From NCBI GenBank assembly GCA_963845755.1, contig CAWJTV010000012.1, positions 32,001-96,000 on the forward strand: a stretch of 64,000 nt of DNA. Reading direction: 5' to 3'. Positions 21,758-32,425 of the stretch are shown here, piece by piece. A program made the position numbers and the translations under genes. Each line of letters begins with the position of its first letter. Positions within the stretch are counted from its first letter, which is position 1. Under the pieces are notes generated by a model, which ran no database searches, was not told the origin of the DNA, and was given only the letters and a program-made list of their open reading frames with translations. The DNA is from an uncultured Planctomycetota bacterium (GTDB lineage Bacteria; Planctomycetota; Planctomycetia; Isosphaerales; Isosphaeraceae).

Positions 21758-21849
21758 ACCCCATCGGACCGGCACCGAAATCGCTCCGCTCGTCAATTGT
21801 TCGCATAGAATGACCACGAAGACCTCGCAGGCCCCGAGCGACAGTATCC

Positions 21850-22850
21850 ATGACTGATAGAATCAATCGACTCGTGGACTCATTCGGACGTCCCCACAAC
21901 AACCTGCGGATCAGCGTGACGGACCGGTGCAACATCCGGTGCGTCTACTGCATGCCGGAGCAGGTCGAGTTCCTGCCTCGCACACAACTGCTGACCTTCG
22001 AGGAGATCGAACGATTCGTACGGATCGCCGTGACCCTGGGCATTGACAAGGTTCGGCTGACTGGCGGGGAGCCCCTGGTCCGGCGGCACCTGCCGATCCT
22101 CATCGAAAAGCTGGCCGCGATCCCGGGTATCAAGGACATCGGGCTGACCACCAACGGGATCCTGCTGGCACCGGTCGCCCGGACTTTGTGGGACGCCGGT
22201 CTGAGACGGATCAATGTGAGCCTGGACACGATGAACGCCGACAAATTCCAGGAGTTGACACGACGCACCGGTTTCGAGCAGGTCATTGAGGGGATCCTGG
22301 CGGCCAAGGAGACCGGCTTCGATCCGGTCAAGGTCAACGCCATAGCCATGCGCGGAGTTACCGAGGACGACGTCGTCCCCCTGGCTCAATTCTCGCGCAA
22401 GCAGGGTCTGGAGCTGCGTTTCATCGAATACATGCCCTTGGATGGCGGGCACCTGTGGGAGCGAGAAAAAGTCCTGTTCGCCGCGGAGATCCTCGAGTTA
22501 CTCGAGCGTGGAATCGGCCCGCTTCGACCCGTCGTCGATCAGGATCCCCGCGCACGGCGCTGGATTACGACTGGGTCGATGGGGGAGGACGGATCGGCTT
22601 TATCGCCTCGGTGAGCCGGCCATTCTGCCTGAGCTGCAACCGGATCCGGCTGACCTCCGACGGCAAGCTTCGGAATTGCCTGTTCGCGCTGGATGAGACG
22701 GACATTCGCGGATTGCTCCGCGGCGATGCCAGCGAGGCGGAGATTGTTCAGGCGATTCGCGACAGCGTCGCCGCGAAATGGGAAGGTCACGAGATCAATA
22801 CCGCCCGCTTCATCCAGCCCGAGCGGATCATGCACTCGATCGGCGGATAA
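21850..22850 (+). CDS. moaA: GTP 3',8-cyclase, apparent frameshift near 22555
   Basis: LRISVTDRCNIRCVYCMP radical-SAM motif, LTGGEP, RFIEYMP; FCLSCNRIRLTSDGKLRNCLF and terminal SIGG in the shifted frame. Confidence 0.93.
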
Positions 22851-22859
22851 CGCCCCAAG

Positions 22860-23180
22860 GAGCGTTCGGTTCAATCGAAAGCCTCATCAGACACCGGCTG
22901 GCTCGACGGGAGCCCATGGCGCGCGAGCCAGGCGTCGCGAAGGATCAGGACGCAGACCAGAAACAACCCCGTCCCCGCGCCCATCAGAAGACCGCAGACC
23001 ACGCCCAGCCCGAATCCGAATTCGGTCGGGTTGAACCGGAGCGGCGCGTCCCGGTGAATGGAGCCAGCGTACGAATGAGGGGGCGAAACGGCCGACCGCC
23101 GCGCCGACGATCCCGCCAGCCGCGCCCGAACTCAGAGTACATGTCATCACGGCCACGATGGCCTGCGGCAGTCGAATCAT
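22860..23180 (-). CDS. Small hypothetical membrane protein (probable frameshift, ends approximate)
   Basis: Hydrophobic Gly-rich helices (SSGAAGGIVGAAVG), continuing as FGFGLGVVCGLL in another frame. Confidence 0.4.
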
Positions 23181-23230
23181 CGAGGTCTCCTTCCTGTGAG
23201 ATCATCGCCGTGGGATCGTATCGATTCACG

Positions 23231-24378
23231 TCATCCGACTGTCTTGGCCGTAAACTCCCGCTGACGAACCTGATAACGACGGACTTTCGCAGGGTTGACC
23301 AGGACTCCCAGACCTGGTCGGGTCGGGACGCTGATCATTCCCGGTGCCGCCATGTCGATCATCGGGACAGTGTAATCATCCACGAACCAGCGGGTGCTGG
23401 GCTCGATGTCGCTGGGATACTTGCAGTTGGCCAGCGTGGCCAGGTGGATGCCGTGAGCCTGGCCGATCCCCAGTTCGGGCATGGTGCCGACCCAGCAGGC
23501 GACCTCCTGTTGATGGCAGAGGTTGTGAATCGCCAGCGCTGGGCCCAGTCCACCGACTCGCTGGATCTTCAAGTTGACGATCCGGCAAGCGCCCCGCTCG
23601 ATAGCCAGGGCGGTCCGTGCGAGGCTCTCGGCAGTCTCGTCCAGACAGACAGGCGTATTCACCGCGCGCTGCAACGCGGCCATCCCATCGAGGTCGTCAA
23701 CGCCCATCGGCTGTTCCAGCATCAGCAAGTCGTACTGGTCGAGTTCGCGGAAGATGTCGATATCGTCCGCCGTGTAAGCCGCATTGGCGTCGACCATGAG
23801 CTCGACGTCGCCGAAGTGTTGCCGGACGGCGTGGACCAAGTCCAGGTCCTCGCCCGGACGAATCTTGATCTTGACCCTCCGGTACCCGGCCTCGAGGTGG
23901 GCCTCGATCGTCTTGATCAGCTCGACGATGCTCGGATAGAGTCCGACGGCCAGGCCGGACTCGATTCCGAGGTCGATCCGCAAATCGGGGGCGCCGAGGA
24001 GCTCGGCGATCGTGGCATGGCGGGCCTGACCGAGCAGGTCCCAGAGAGCCGTCTCCGCGCCGGCCACGGCGAATCGGCCCGCATTCCAGGAGTTTGCGAT
24101 CGCATCGATGTCTTCGATGGCCGCGACGGTCTGACCCAGCAGAGCGGCGCGATCCTGGTCGTCAGCGCGTCCCAGCAGGTTTCCGGCGTGTCGCAGGGAT
24201 ATCCGAATGTTGCGGCCATGGGCGAGCTCTCGCCGAGCCCGATCGCCGTCTTGGTCTCGAGCGCGACCAGAATGGCGTCCTTGATGGCCACCTCTCCACC
24301 CGAGATCCGGAACGGTTCCTTGAGCGGGATCTGGATGTGGGTCAGGACGACCCTCTCGATGGGATCCGTGGTCGTCAT
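23231..24378 (-). CDS. menC: o-succinylbenzoate synthase / N-acylamino acid racemase (enolase superfamily), apparent frameshifts
   Basis: IPLKEPFRISGG, GYRRVKIKIRPG, LMVDANAAY, LEQP, CLDET, NLKIQRVGGL, WVGTMPELGIG. GAGGAG RBS. Confidence 0.85.
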
Positions 24379-24603
24379 CGGCAACTCCTCGATCCGGTGA
24401 GTTTCGAACCCATCGCGGCTGCACCGGTCCGGCGGGGTCTCCGCGGATCCGGATGATCGAACGTTCGGCCGCGATGCGGAGTGGAGTACACAAAGCCTGA
24501 CTTGTCAGACGCTTGAAACTCGGGTGCTTGCCTCAGCCGTCTCGGTCCGATAGAGTAAGTGGGCTTCCGGACCCTCCAAGCTGACTGCTCATTCGGGTAC
24601 CCT

Positions 24604-25029
24604 ATGAGTGTAACGAAACCAAAAACACCTTGGTATCGAGACGGCCTGGCTTTTAGTTGCACGCGCTGCGGCGATTGTTGCACCGGAGCCCCGGGCTATG
24701 TTTGGGTCTCGGCCGAAGAGATTCAGCAACTCGCGGAGTTTCGCGGCGAGACGGTCGAGGAGTTCTCCGCGCGCTTCGTCCGACTGGTGAGTGATCGGTT
24801 CAGCCTGATTGAGAAGCCGGGAGGGGATTGCATCTTCTGGGACAAGCAGGCCGGCTGCACGGTGTATCCCGCGCGCCCGTCTCAATGCCGATCCTGGCCG
24901 TTCTGGCCGGAGAACATCGAGACCCCCCAGGACTGGGAGAGCGTGCGAGCGGTCTGTCCGGGGTCGGGCCGAGGCCGCGTGTACTCGTTATCCGAGATCC
25001 AATCCTCCATGGCTGTAATCCGAAAATGA
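24604..25029 (+). CDS. YkgJ family CxxCxxCC cysteine-cluster protein
   Basis: FSCTRCGDCC, CIFWD...CTVYPARPSQCRSWPFWPEN. Confidence 0.88.
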   Translation: MSVTKPKTPWYRDGLAFSCTRCGDCCTGAPGYVWVSAEEIQQLAEFRGETVEEFSARFVRLVSDRFSLIEKPGGDCIFWDKQAGCTVYPARPSQCRSWPFWPENIETPQDWESVRAVCPGSGRGRVYSLSEIQSSMAVIRK

Positions 25030-25526
25030 TTGCCGAAGCAAACTTGTGCGTCGCCGACGATCCCTGCGACGGGTCTGAATTCCTGAGCGAACTTCGAGCC
25101 CTCTACGATCAGCTCGACGCGGAGGTCGCCCGCCTCGGGCCGATCTGTCAACTCAGCGGCCGGTGTTGTCGTTTCGGCGAATACGGACATACCCTCTTCG
25201 TTTCGGCGATTGAGGTCGCATTCCTGCTGGACGGGGCACCACAACCTCGAGGTCCACTCGATCGAGGGGACACGTGCCCCTGGCAGGATTCCCAGGGCCG
25301 TTGCGTGGCGCGGGAAGCTCGCCCGCTGGGTTGCCGCGTGTACTACTGTGATCCGGCCTACTTGCCCGCGGCGTCGGAACTCTCGGAGCGCTTCATCTCT
25401 CGGCTCAAGAGTCTCTCCGATCGCCATGGACTTCCCTGGAACTATGCTCCCCTCCATCGCCATCTTCACGAACAACGCGACGGTGGGCGCCTGGCCATCG
25501 ACCTTGCGATCGCCGGCCCAGTCTGA
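25026..25526 (+). CDS. Second YkgJ-like cysteine-cluster protein
   Basis: CQLSGRCC, CPWQ...CVAREARPLGCRVYYC; ATGA overlap. Confidence 0.8.
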   Translation: MIAEANLCVADDPCDGSEFLSELRALYDQLDAEVARLGPICQLSGRCCRFGEYGHTLFVSAIEVAFLLDGAPQPRGPLDRGDTCPWQDSQGRCVAREARPLGCRVYYCDPAYLPAASELSERFISRLKSLSDRHGLPWNYAPLHRHLHEQRDGGRLAIDLAIAGPV

Positions 25527-25583
25527 TCGGCTGCACGGCGGCCCGACGCGGTCGGTGAAGAACCTATAAAAACCGCAACTATC

Positions 25584-25612
25584 TTGACTCTACTCTAAGC
25601 TACCAATACACT
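25584..25612 (+). promoter_or_regulatory. Putative sigma70 promoter of the HU/IHF gene
   Basis: TTGACT, 17 bp spacer, TACACT. Confidence 0.6.
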
Positions 25613-25665
25613 TGAGCCATTTGCCGCCCAATACGGCTCGACTACGCCCCGCGGAGGTCGCCACC

Positions 25666-26049
25666 GTGACCAAGAAAGAGATTGTGAAGAAGATTTCCGA
25701 GGACATCAATCTCACCCAGCTCAAGACGAAAGACATCGTCCAGCGGACCCTCGACGCGATCATCCAGACGTTGGTCTCGGAGGGCCGGATCGAGCTCCGG
25801 AATTTCGGCGTCTTCGAAGTCAAACAACGTGCCCCGCGCAAGGCGCGCAATCCACGAACGGGGGACAAGGTCTATGTTCCCTCGAAGAACGTCGTGACCT
25901 TCAAGCCGGGCAAAGAAATGGAAGAATTGGTTCGAAAGATGGATCCGACAAAGCTTCCGATGGAGGAAGACGACGCGGATGCCGATGAAGATAACGACGG
26001 GCCCGTCGAGCCGGTTGCGGAACCGCAGACCAGATCGACGGCCGATTGA
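25666..26049 (+). CDS. HU/IHF family DNA-binding protein with acidic tail
   Basis: [10 protein letters not shown]...[23 protein letters not shown]...FKPGKEM; GTG start after GGAGG. Confidence 0.93.
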   Translation: MTKKEIVKKISEDINLTQLKTKDIVQRTLDAIIQTLVSEGRIELRNFGVFEVKQRAPRKARNPRTGDKVYVPSKNVVTFKPGKEMEELVRKMDPTKLPMEEDDADADEDNDGPVEPVAEPQTRSTAD

Positions 26050-26306
26050 GCCAGGACCAGGAATTCCCTTCGGGTCCAGTGGCGGCTTGGCGCAGGATTG
26101 CTGCCGGGGTCGCAGGTAATGACCTGGGGGATCAGGGATCGCGCCCGGAATCACGTCTCCGGCGGACGGCACGCGCCGAACCACGGCGATCGGAATTCGG
26201 CTCGGGGCCGGGTTGTAGCCCCGGCCACAATTCTCTCGGTCGGGACCGTGCAAGGATGGCACGGAGCGACGGATCGAGGGAGCCAGCAAGACGGGAGGAG
26301 CCCGAA

Positions 26307-26540
26307 ATGCGGAAACTGTGCGCGGCCATGGCGATCACGGTCGCATCCCTCGCTCTGTTCGAGGGATGTGCGCCGGTCCCCTTGCCGCACTACGCGGCGT
26401 ACAAGCCAAGGCGAGTGGAAGAATTGCTCGTAGACTCGGAAAACCTGCGCCAGGCCGGCGACGAATGGGAGCGATTCTGGCTGCTCGATCAGCCCTCGCA
26501 CCTGACACCGTTCCGGACCCACGGCGGCGTGGGGCCCTGA
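26307..26540 (+). CDS. Small putative lipoprotein
   Basis: GGAGGAG RBS; signal peptide ending FEGC; C-terminal SENLRQAGDEWERFWLLDQPSHLTPFRTHGG. Confidence 0.7.
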   Translation: MRKLCAAMAITVASLALFEGCAPVPLPHYAAYKPRRVEELLVDSENLRQAGDEWERFWLLDQPSHLTPFRTHGGVGP

Positions 26541-26763
26541 TCGTCAGATTCCCTGCAATGGGCTGACCGCCAGGGAGTTGGGTCCGCGAATCTCGCCTAT
26601 TCCAGGGGTTGAGATCGCGAATCGAGTCATAGTGACGACGAATGGACAGGCCGGCGGAGCGATCAGCGCTCCGAACCGGCCTTCTTGTCGTCTCGTGCTT
26701 GACCTCGAACTGCGGGTTCTCGTCGAGGACCACTTCGCGTAACGATCGGCGCAAGCCGTCCCC

Positions 26764-27676
26764 TCAGGGGCTGAGATAACTATCGAAGAACGCGCTTACT
26801 GTCTTCACATAGCCTTCGGGATTACTCATGTAGGCCTGGACGTGCTCCACGCCCGGTAAGGTCAGCGTTCGGCACGAACCACCGACCGTATGGGCGAGCT
26901 CATAGGCCTGGCTGACCGGGACCGTCGTGTCGGACTCGCCGTGGATCAGCAGGAGTGGCCGAGCTCCCCAATCCCGGGCGAAACGGATCGGGATCAAGTC
27001 GTCGGTTTCGAACGCCGTAGATCACGCGAGCCGCCAGAAGGATGCCCGGGTTGAACCATCGGGGTAAGCCGCTGTGCTTGCTCAGTTGCGTCTCCAATAG
27101 TTTTGGCAGATCGGCGTAGGGGCTGTCGATGACCGCGACCTGGATTCCCGGATTTCGGGCCGCTTCCATCAGCAGGGTCGAACCCCCCATCGAATACCCG
27201 AGCCATCCGATCCGGTCATCGGAAAAGCCGAACGATTCCGCCCAGTCCATCACGGCTCGAAGATCCGCGCGCTCCCGACGTCCCAGGTAGAGTCGAGACG
27301 GGTCGCTCTCTCCGTGCCCTCTGAGGTCGAATAGCAGCACGTCGAATCCCCGGCGATGCAGATCGCGTCCTAACCCGGCCATCTCCAGCCAGGAACTCCA
27401 CATCCCATGGACCAGTACGATCAAGTGTCGCCTCTCCTCCGTGGGAAGATACCACCCGCGCAACGTGAGGCCGTCCGCGGTCTGAGTCGACCAGGATCGG
27501 ACGTCGTTGCTGATTTCTCGGGGATCGACCATCAATCGATGGTTCGTGGGACGCGTCAGCCGTTCTGCGGTAAACAGCGAAATCCCCACGTACACCATGG
27601 CGAGCAGCACGACTGGAATCCCGATGATCCAGAGGGTCTTGCATCCGATACGTCGCTTTCTTTCGTTCGGCTCCAT
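26764..27676 (-). CDS. Membrane-anchored alpha/beta hydrolase, apparent frameshift near 27010
   Basis: N-terminal TM, LRGWYLP, VLVHG, DLRGHGES, GYSMGG, LLIHGESDTTVP, EH. Confidence 0.85.
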
Positions 27677-28089
27677 CGGCACGACCTCCTTGGCTGAATC
27701 CGGACGGAACCTGGGGGCTCCTGGCCTGGTTTATTGTAACTCAGACGCTCGCCCTCAGGCGGCATCGGAGTGAAAAAAGTTCGTATGTCCCTGCTGAATT
27801 GTGGCTTACACGACCGAATCGGATACAGTCCGGCGGTCTATTCAAAGTGCATCCTGTTCGTGCCGATGATCCGGTCGATTGTCCACCGGCTCCTCGCTGG
27901 TGTCAGAGAGGCGAACTACTAGCTTGCTGCGCACCGGCAACCTGGGCAGAATCTCTGTTCGGCGGGAACGAACGCACTGGCGTCGTTGGCCCAGGTGCGA
28001 AGACCTCTCGGGAATTCCGACAGTTCGGGCGACTGACTTCGGACAGGAAATCCCTTAGAAGAATCTAATATGCATTCCACAAAGGACTT

Positions 28090-29142
28090 ATGAACATGGT
28101 CGGTATCGGGATCGTTGGCATTGGTTTCATGGGCATGATTCACTATTTGGCGTCACGCCGCGTGCCCGGCGCCCAGGTTGTGGCCCTTTGCAGCCGCGAT
28201 CCGAAGAAGCTCGCAGGGGACTGGACGAGCATTCAGGGGAATTTCGGTCCGCGCGGTACCCAGATGGACCTGTCTGGTTTGGCTCTGTACGACGATTATG
28301 CCGATATGCTTGCGGATCCTCAGATCCACCTGGTTCGACCTTTGCGTGCCGAACGACTTGCACGGTCGCCTGGCCGTTCAGGCATTGGACGCGGGGAAGC
28401 CCGTTCTGGTCGAAAAGCCGATCGCTTTGACGACCGAGGAGGCTGACGCCATGGTGAGGGCCGCGACTGATGCTGGAAAACTGCTGATGGTGGGTCACGT
28501 GCTCCCATTCGTTCCTGAGTTCGCTTTCGCCTGGGATGCGGTTCAATCCGGACGCTACGGCGCGCTTGCGCGGCTCATTTCCGTCGTGTGATCTCGAAGC
28601 CCGACTGGTCGAACGAAGTAGCCGATCAGACCAAGAGCGGTGGCCCAGCCATCGAACTTCATATCCACGACACCCATTTCGTCAGCCTGCTTTGTGGGAT
28701 TCCGCACGCCGTTTACTCACGCGGGGTCGTTGATCGAGGCGTCGTCGTGCACCTAACGACCCAATATCTCTATGACACGCCCAATCTGGCCGTCTCCTGC
28801 GTCTCCGGAGCGTTGAGCCAAAATGGCCGCCCCTTCACCCACGGGTTCGAGATCTACCTGGATGAGGCGACCCTCGCCTTCGAGTTTGCCAATCTCGGCG
28901 GCCAAGGGCACGTGGCGACGCCGCTCTCGGTCATCAAGCCGAATGGGACAGTCGATCGGCCCGAATTAGGATCGGGCGATCCGGTTGACGGGTTTGTGCT
29001 AGAGCTGACGGCCGCGACGGAAGCCGTGGCCTTGAATCGGCCGTCGCGTCCGCTCTCGGCAGAACTCGCCCGGCAGGCCCTTCGACTCTGCCTGGCGGAA
29101 ATCGAGAGCGTCGAGACGGGCCGTGCGGTCGAGGTGGCCTGA
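28090..29142 (+). CDS. Gfo/Idh/MocA family oxidoreductase, two apparent frameshifts
   Basis: GIVGIGFMG, VLVEKPIA, LHIHDTH across three frames. Confidence 0.87.
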
Positions 29143-29224
29143 TAGGCCGTTGAAGACTCGACACCACGCAACTAATATATCTTTTTATAATAGATATAAT
29201 TTCTTATAAGTTAGGACTTTGCGT

Positions 29225-29503
29225 TCATTGATCTTTTTCTTGGAGCAGCCGACGAACGCGGTCCATCTCCTGGTCGTTCAACTCGCCCTCCGCATGGGCC
29301 TGCTCGAACGATTCGAGCAAGTCGATCGGGGAATCGGGTTCCTCTTCTTCGTGGATCTCTTGCCAGACACGGTAAGCATGGATTAATAGCATCATCGACA
29401 CGATGCTCAGCAGCAACAGGCCGACATAGTAGGCCGCCCCACCTAAAACGACCGCAGTCAAACCAGCGAGCTCGGTGCAAGCCGTTCGGCTCCAGAAGTC
29501 CAT
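29225..29503 (-). CDS. Small hypothetical membrane protein
   Basis: Two hydrophobic segments, then LLESFEQAHAEGELNDQEMDRVR (SHOCT-like). Confidence 0.6.
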   Translation of the reverse strand: MDFWSRTACTELAGLTAVVLGGAAYYVGLLLLSIVSMMLLIHAYRVWQEIHEEEEPDSPIDLLESFEQAHAEGELNDQEMDRVRRLLQEKDQ

Positions 29504-29973
29504 GGTTAAGTCATCCTGGCCGCTGGGCCATCTCTCGTTGACGATCAAACCGAGTGGTCATTGTGAACGCACGAACAGATCTATCTCAGGTCGAATTCGA
29601 TCCTTCGTTTAGATCCTTCGTCCAAGAGCCGTTTCGATCATCGGGATCGCTGGTCTAACTCTGCCGGGCCTTTGAAGATATCGCGTTTTTCTCGCTTCTG
29701 ACTTGTCGAATGGCTTATCCTGATTATGATTAAGAGTTTAGCCGGAGCGACATGAAGTGGGAATGCCGTTGAGTTTTCTCTTGGGTCGCGAATGCCGGCG
29801 ATCCGAATTCTCGTGAATGTACAGACATCGACGGCGAGGTCAGGCCAGCCGACCCACAAATGACGCCGGTTTCCGGTTCACTCGGCCCAAGGCCGACACT
29901 CGTACGGAGTTTCAGCCGTATCGCCCAGTCACGCGTTCGATCTCGATTCCCAAGTCGGGGAGAGGTGAGTCAC

Positions 29974-30567
29974 ATGCTACGGCACCTCGTTCGATTAGTA
30001 AGTGCGATGTTCGCACTGATGGTTTGTCTGTCGGGTTTCTCCGGCCGGGCCAACGCTCAGGCACTCGGGGCAGGCGGCGCCGACGTGTCAGATCCGTTCG
30101 CATTCTATTACGCGATCTACTTGCCAAATCAGCAGTTGCAGGCAATGCGTCCTCGGCCCTTGGACGCAGTCAACAATGCCATGGTTTCCCGGCAATACTT
30201 CGCACAGACGCAGCGGCGATCGCTCTACAACCCGATCTCCCCGTACGCGGATACATACGATCCCCTCCGTCCTTACTCGCAGCAGGGACAGGAACGCGTA
30301 GCCGCACCGTTCCGGTTCGCCCATGACCCCTCCAATACCAATGGGGAAGGCCCTTCCCTCTACTACAACCGCGTGGCACAATACTTCCCCGACCTCGCGA
30401 CACGACAAGGGCGTCGGCCGAATGCGAATACCGCCAGCACCCGGCGTGGGGCACGAGGGGGTCGAGGGGGCGGAATGGGTGGAATGGGCGGAGGTATGGG
30501 TGGAATGGGCGGAGGTATGGGTGGAATGGGCGGAGGTGGAATGGGTATGGGAATGGGGATGTTTTGA
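29974..30567 (+). CDS. Secreted hypothetical protein with Gly-Met repeat tail
   Basis: Signal peptide (ANA-QA), Tyr/Pro-rich core, C-terminal (GGM)n. Confidence 0.7.
   Translation: MLRHLVRLVSAMFALMVCLSGFSGRANAQALGAGGADVSDPFAFYYAIYLPNQQLQAMRPRPLDAVNNAMVSRQYFAQTQRRSLYNPISPYADTYDPLRPYSQQGQERVAAPFRFAHDPSNTNGEGPSLYYNRVAQYFPDLATRQGRRPNANTASTRRGARGGRGGGMGGMGGGMGGMGGGMGGMGGGGMGMGMGMF
30475..30537 (+). repeat. 3 x 21-bp coding tandem repeat ATGGGTGGAATGGGCGGAGGT
   Basis: Read directly from the sequence; encodes MGGMGGG. Confidence 0.9.
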
Positions 30568-30754
30568 TTCACGACGTCTCGTCCCCACCCATGCGTCCTT
30601 TTCGCCCCGGGGCGATGGTTGGACCGAATCGACCCAATTCCGTCCGACCATCGAGTTGTCCTCCCCGGATTGCGACGTTTCGAGGCTCCTCGGAAGCATG
30701 ACGATCCGTCGAGGAATTGGCCACACGTAGATTGAGTCATGTTAGGGAGCGGCC

Positions 30755-31258
30755 ATGTCCAGGGGTCCTGAGCAGCTGCGGCTGTCACCTGATGAACGGG
30801 CCGATCTCGTCGCGTATGTCGATGGCGAACTTCCGGAAGGCGTCTCTCGCTCTCTCTCGACCAAACTGACCCACAGTGGAACGGGTCGTTTGGAAGTGGA
30901 GATGTTGAAGAAGACCTGGGAATTGCTGGGATACCTCCCCCTTCCCGCGGCCCCACCCGATTTTGCGGACCGGACCGTTACGGAGATCCGGCGACGTGAA
31001 ACCAGATCGCCGGCCTGGGATCCCCGGGTCAAGACCTGGACGGCGCGGACAGGTTATGTCGTGGCGTACCTGGTGCTGGCGGTTCTGGGCCTTGGTCTGG
31101 GGTATGTCGGTACTCGTTGGTTCTGGCCGGATCCGTCGGCACGCCTGAATCGCGACCTCACGTTGGCCGAGCATCTCGACGAGTACCTGGAGGCTGGCTC
31201 GTTCGACTTCTTGAGACAACTCGTCGATTCGCGCGAATTCAGCGCAGATGCTCATTGA
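30755..31258 (+). CDS. Anti-sigma-factor-like membrane protein
   Basis: LVAYVDGEL...LKKTWELL..LP...FADRT N-terminal domain, one TM, DFLRQL tail. Confidence 0.7.
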   Translation: MSRGPEQLRLSPDERADLVAYVDGELPEGVSRSLSTKLTHSGTGRLEVEMLKKTWELLGYLPLPAAPPDFADRTVTEIRRRETRSPAWDPRVKTWTARTGYVVAYLVLAVLGLGLGYVGTRWFWPDPSARLNRDLTLAEHLDEYLEAGSFDFLRQLVDSREFSADAH

Positions 31259-31335
31259 CTCTCGTCCCGGACCCGACCCAATTCGGACTGGTCTCCGTTG
31301 ATGCCCCACGAAATGCCTGTCATTGACTCAACCCG

Positions 31336-32403
31336 ATGATCCTCGACAAGAAGCGTCACTCGATTCAAACCTGGGGGATGGTGAGCGTTTCGGCTCTCGC
31401 CCTGGTCCTGGTGGCGGCGGTATCCAACACCGACGTGAACTGGGCGCGGATTCGAGAGTTGCCGCCGGTACAGCGCGCCCAACTTCTCCAGAATCTGCGC
31501 AAGTTTGATCTGGAGTTGACGCCGGACAAACAGGCGACGATTCGCGAACTGGACCGTCGGATCACGGAACTCCCACCCGCAGAGCAGACTCGATACTTCT
31601 GGGTGCTCCGCCGCTATCACGATTGGCTCAACAGCCTTCCCGAGAATCGGCAAGGGGAATTGCTCGGCCAATCGCCGGACGAACGGATGGTGACGATTCG
31701 AAAGCTGGTCAGTGATCATCCCTTACCATCCTCCGGTACTCCGCGATTCCTGCAGATCGCCGAGGTGGGCGAGTTCTCGCCGTTCGAGTTAGCATCGGCC
31801 TTCAGAATCTGGCAGATGTTGACCGCGGAACAACGTAAGCTTGTCGAGCATAAGCCCCAGGAAAGCGGACGACGCGAGATGTTGTTCGAGTTTGGCAGAG
31901 AGCTGGAGAAGCCGATCCCGCGTGAGACCCGGCCGCCAGACTACGACCAGGAGAAATGGGTCGGCCTCTTGGAGAAACAGGGAATTCTCATCCGGCAGGC
32001 CGTTTTGGCAGAAGAACTCGCCAAGAAGATCCTGGACGAGGAGGCGAAGACGAAGCTTGAGAACCGGCGCAAGGATGTCCATCACCGTCAAGCGATCAAC
32101 TATTATCTCTCCAAGACCCAGGTACGCTCGGTCCAGCCCGAACGGCTCTTTCAATTCGTCGCGGCGCTTCCCCCGTGGATTCAGTCCGGCATGGAGCATT
32201 ATCCCCCGGACGAAGCGCGACGGCGGGTCTCCTTTGCATACCGGCTGGTCTTTCCTTATCCTCAGGAAATTGGAGAAGTCCGACCCTCGTCCGCACAGCC
32301 AACCAAGGGATCAGGTGGTCGTATCCCGACCTCGAAAAAGAGCGGGGTCGCTCCGGGCCAGCGCAAGGGCATGCCGCGACCACGGCCAGATTCCCCCTTC
32401 TGA
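31336..32403 (+). CDS. Hypothetical helical exported protein
   Basis: N-terminal hydrophobic segment; repeated L(P/T)x(E/D)xR helical units; follows the anti-sigma-like gene. Confidence 0.65.
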   Translation: MILDKKRHSIQTWGMVSVSALALVLVAAVSNTDVNWARIRELPPVQRAQLLQNLRKFDLELTPDKQATIRELDRRITELPPAEQTRYFWVLRRYHDWLNSLPENRQGELLGQSPDERMVTIRKLVSDHPLPSSGTPRFLQIAEVGEFSPFELASAFRIWQMLTAEQRKLVEHKPQESGRREMLFEFGRELEKPIPRETRPPDYDQEKWVGLLEKQGILIRQAVLAEELAKKILDEEAKTKLENRRKDVHHRQAINYYLSKTQVRSVQPERLFQFVAALPPWIQSGMEHYPPDEARRRVSFAYRLVFPYPQEIGEVRPSSAQPTKGSGGRIPTSKKSGVAPGQRKGMPRPRPDSPF

Positions 32404-32425
32404 GCAGGCGGAGCGACGGGATCCC

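Noticed and set aside
22778..24400. 540-aa plus-strand ORF and similar long ORFs (e.g. 32096..33736, 48411..49625)
   Set aside because: Antisense shadows of real genes in high-GC DNA; no recognisable motifs.
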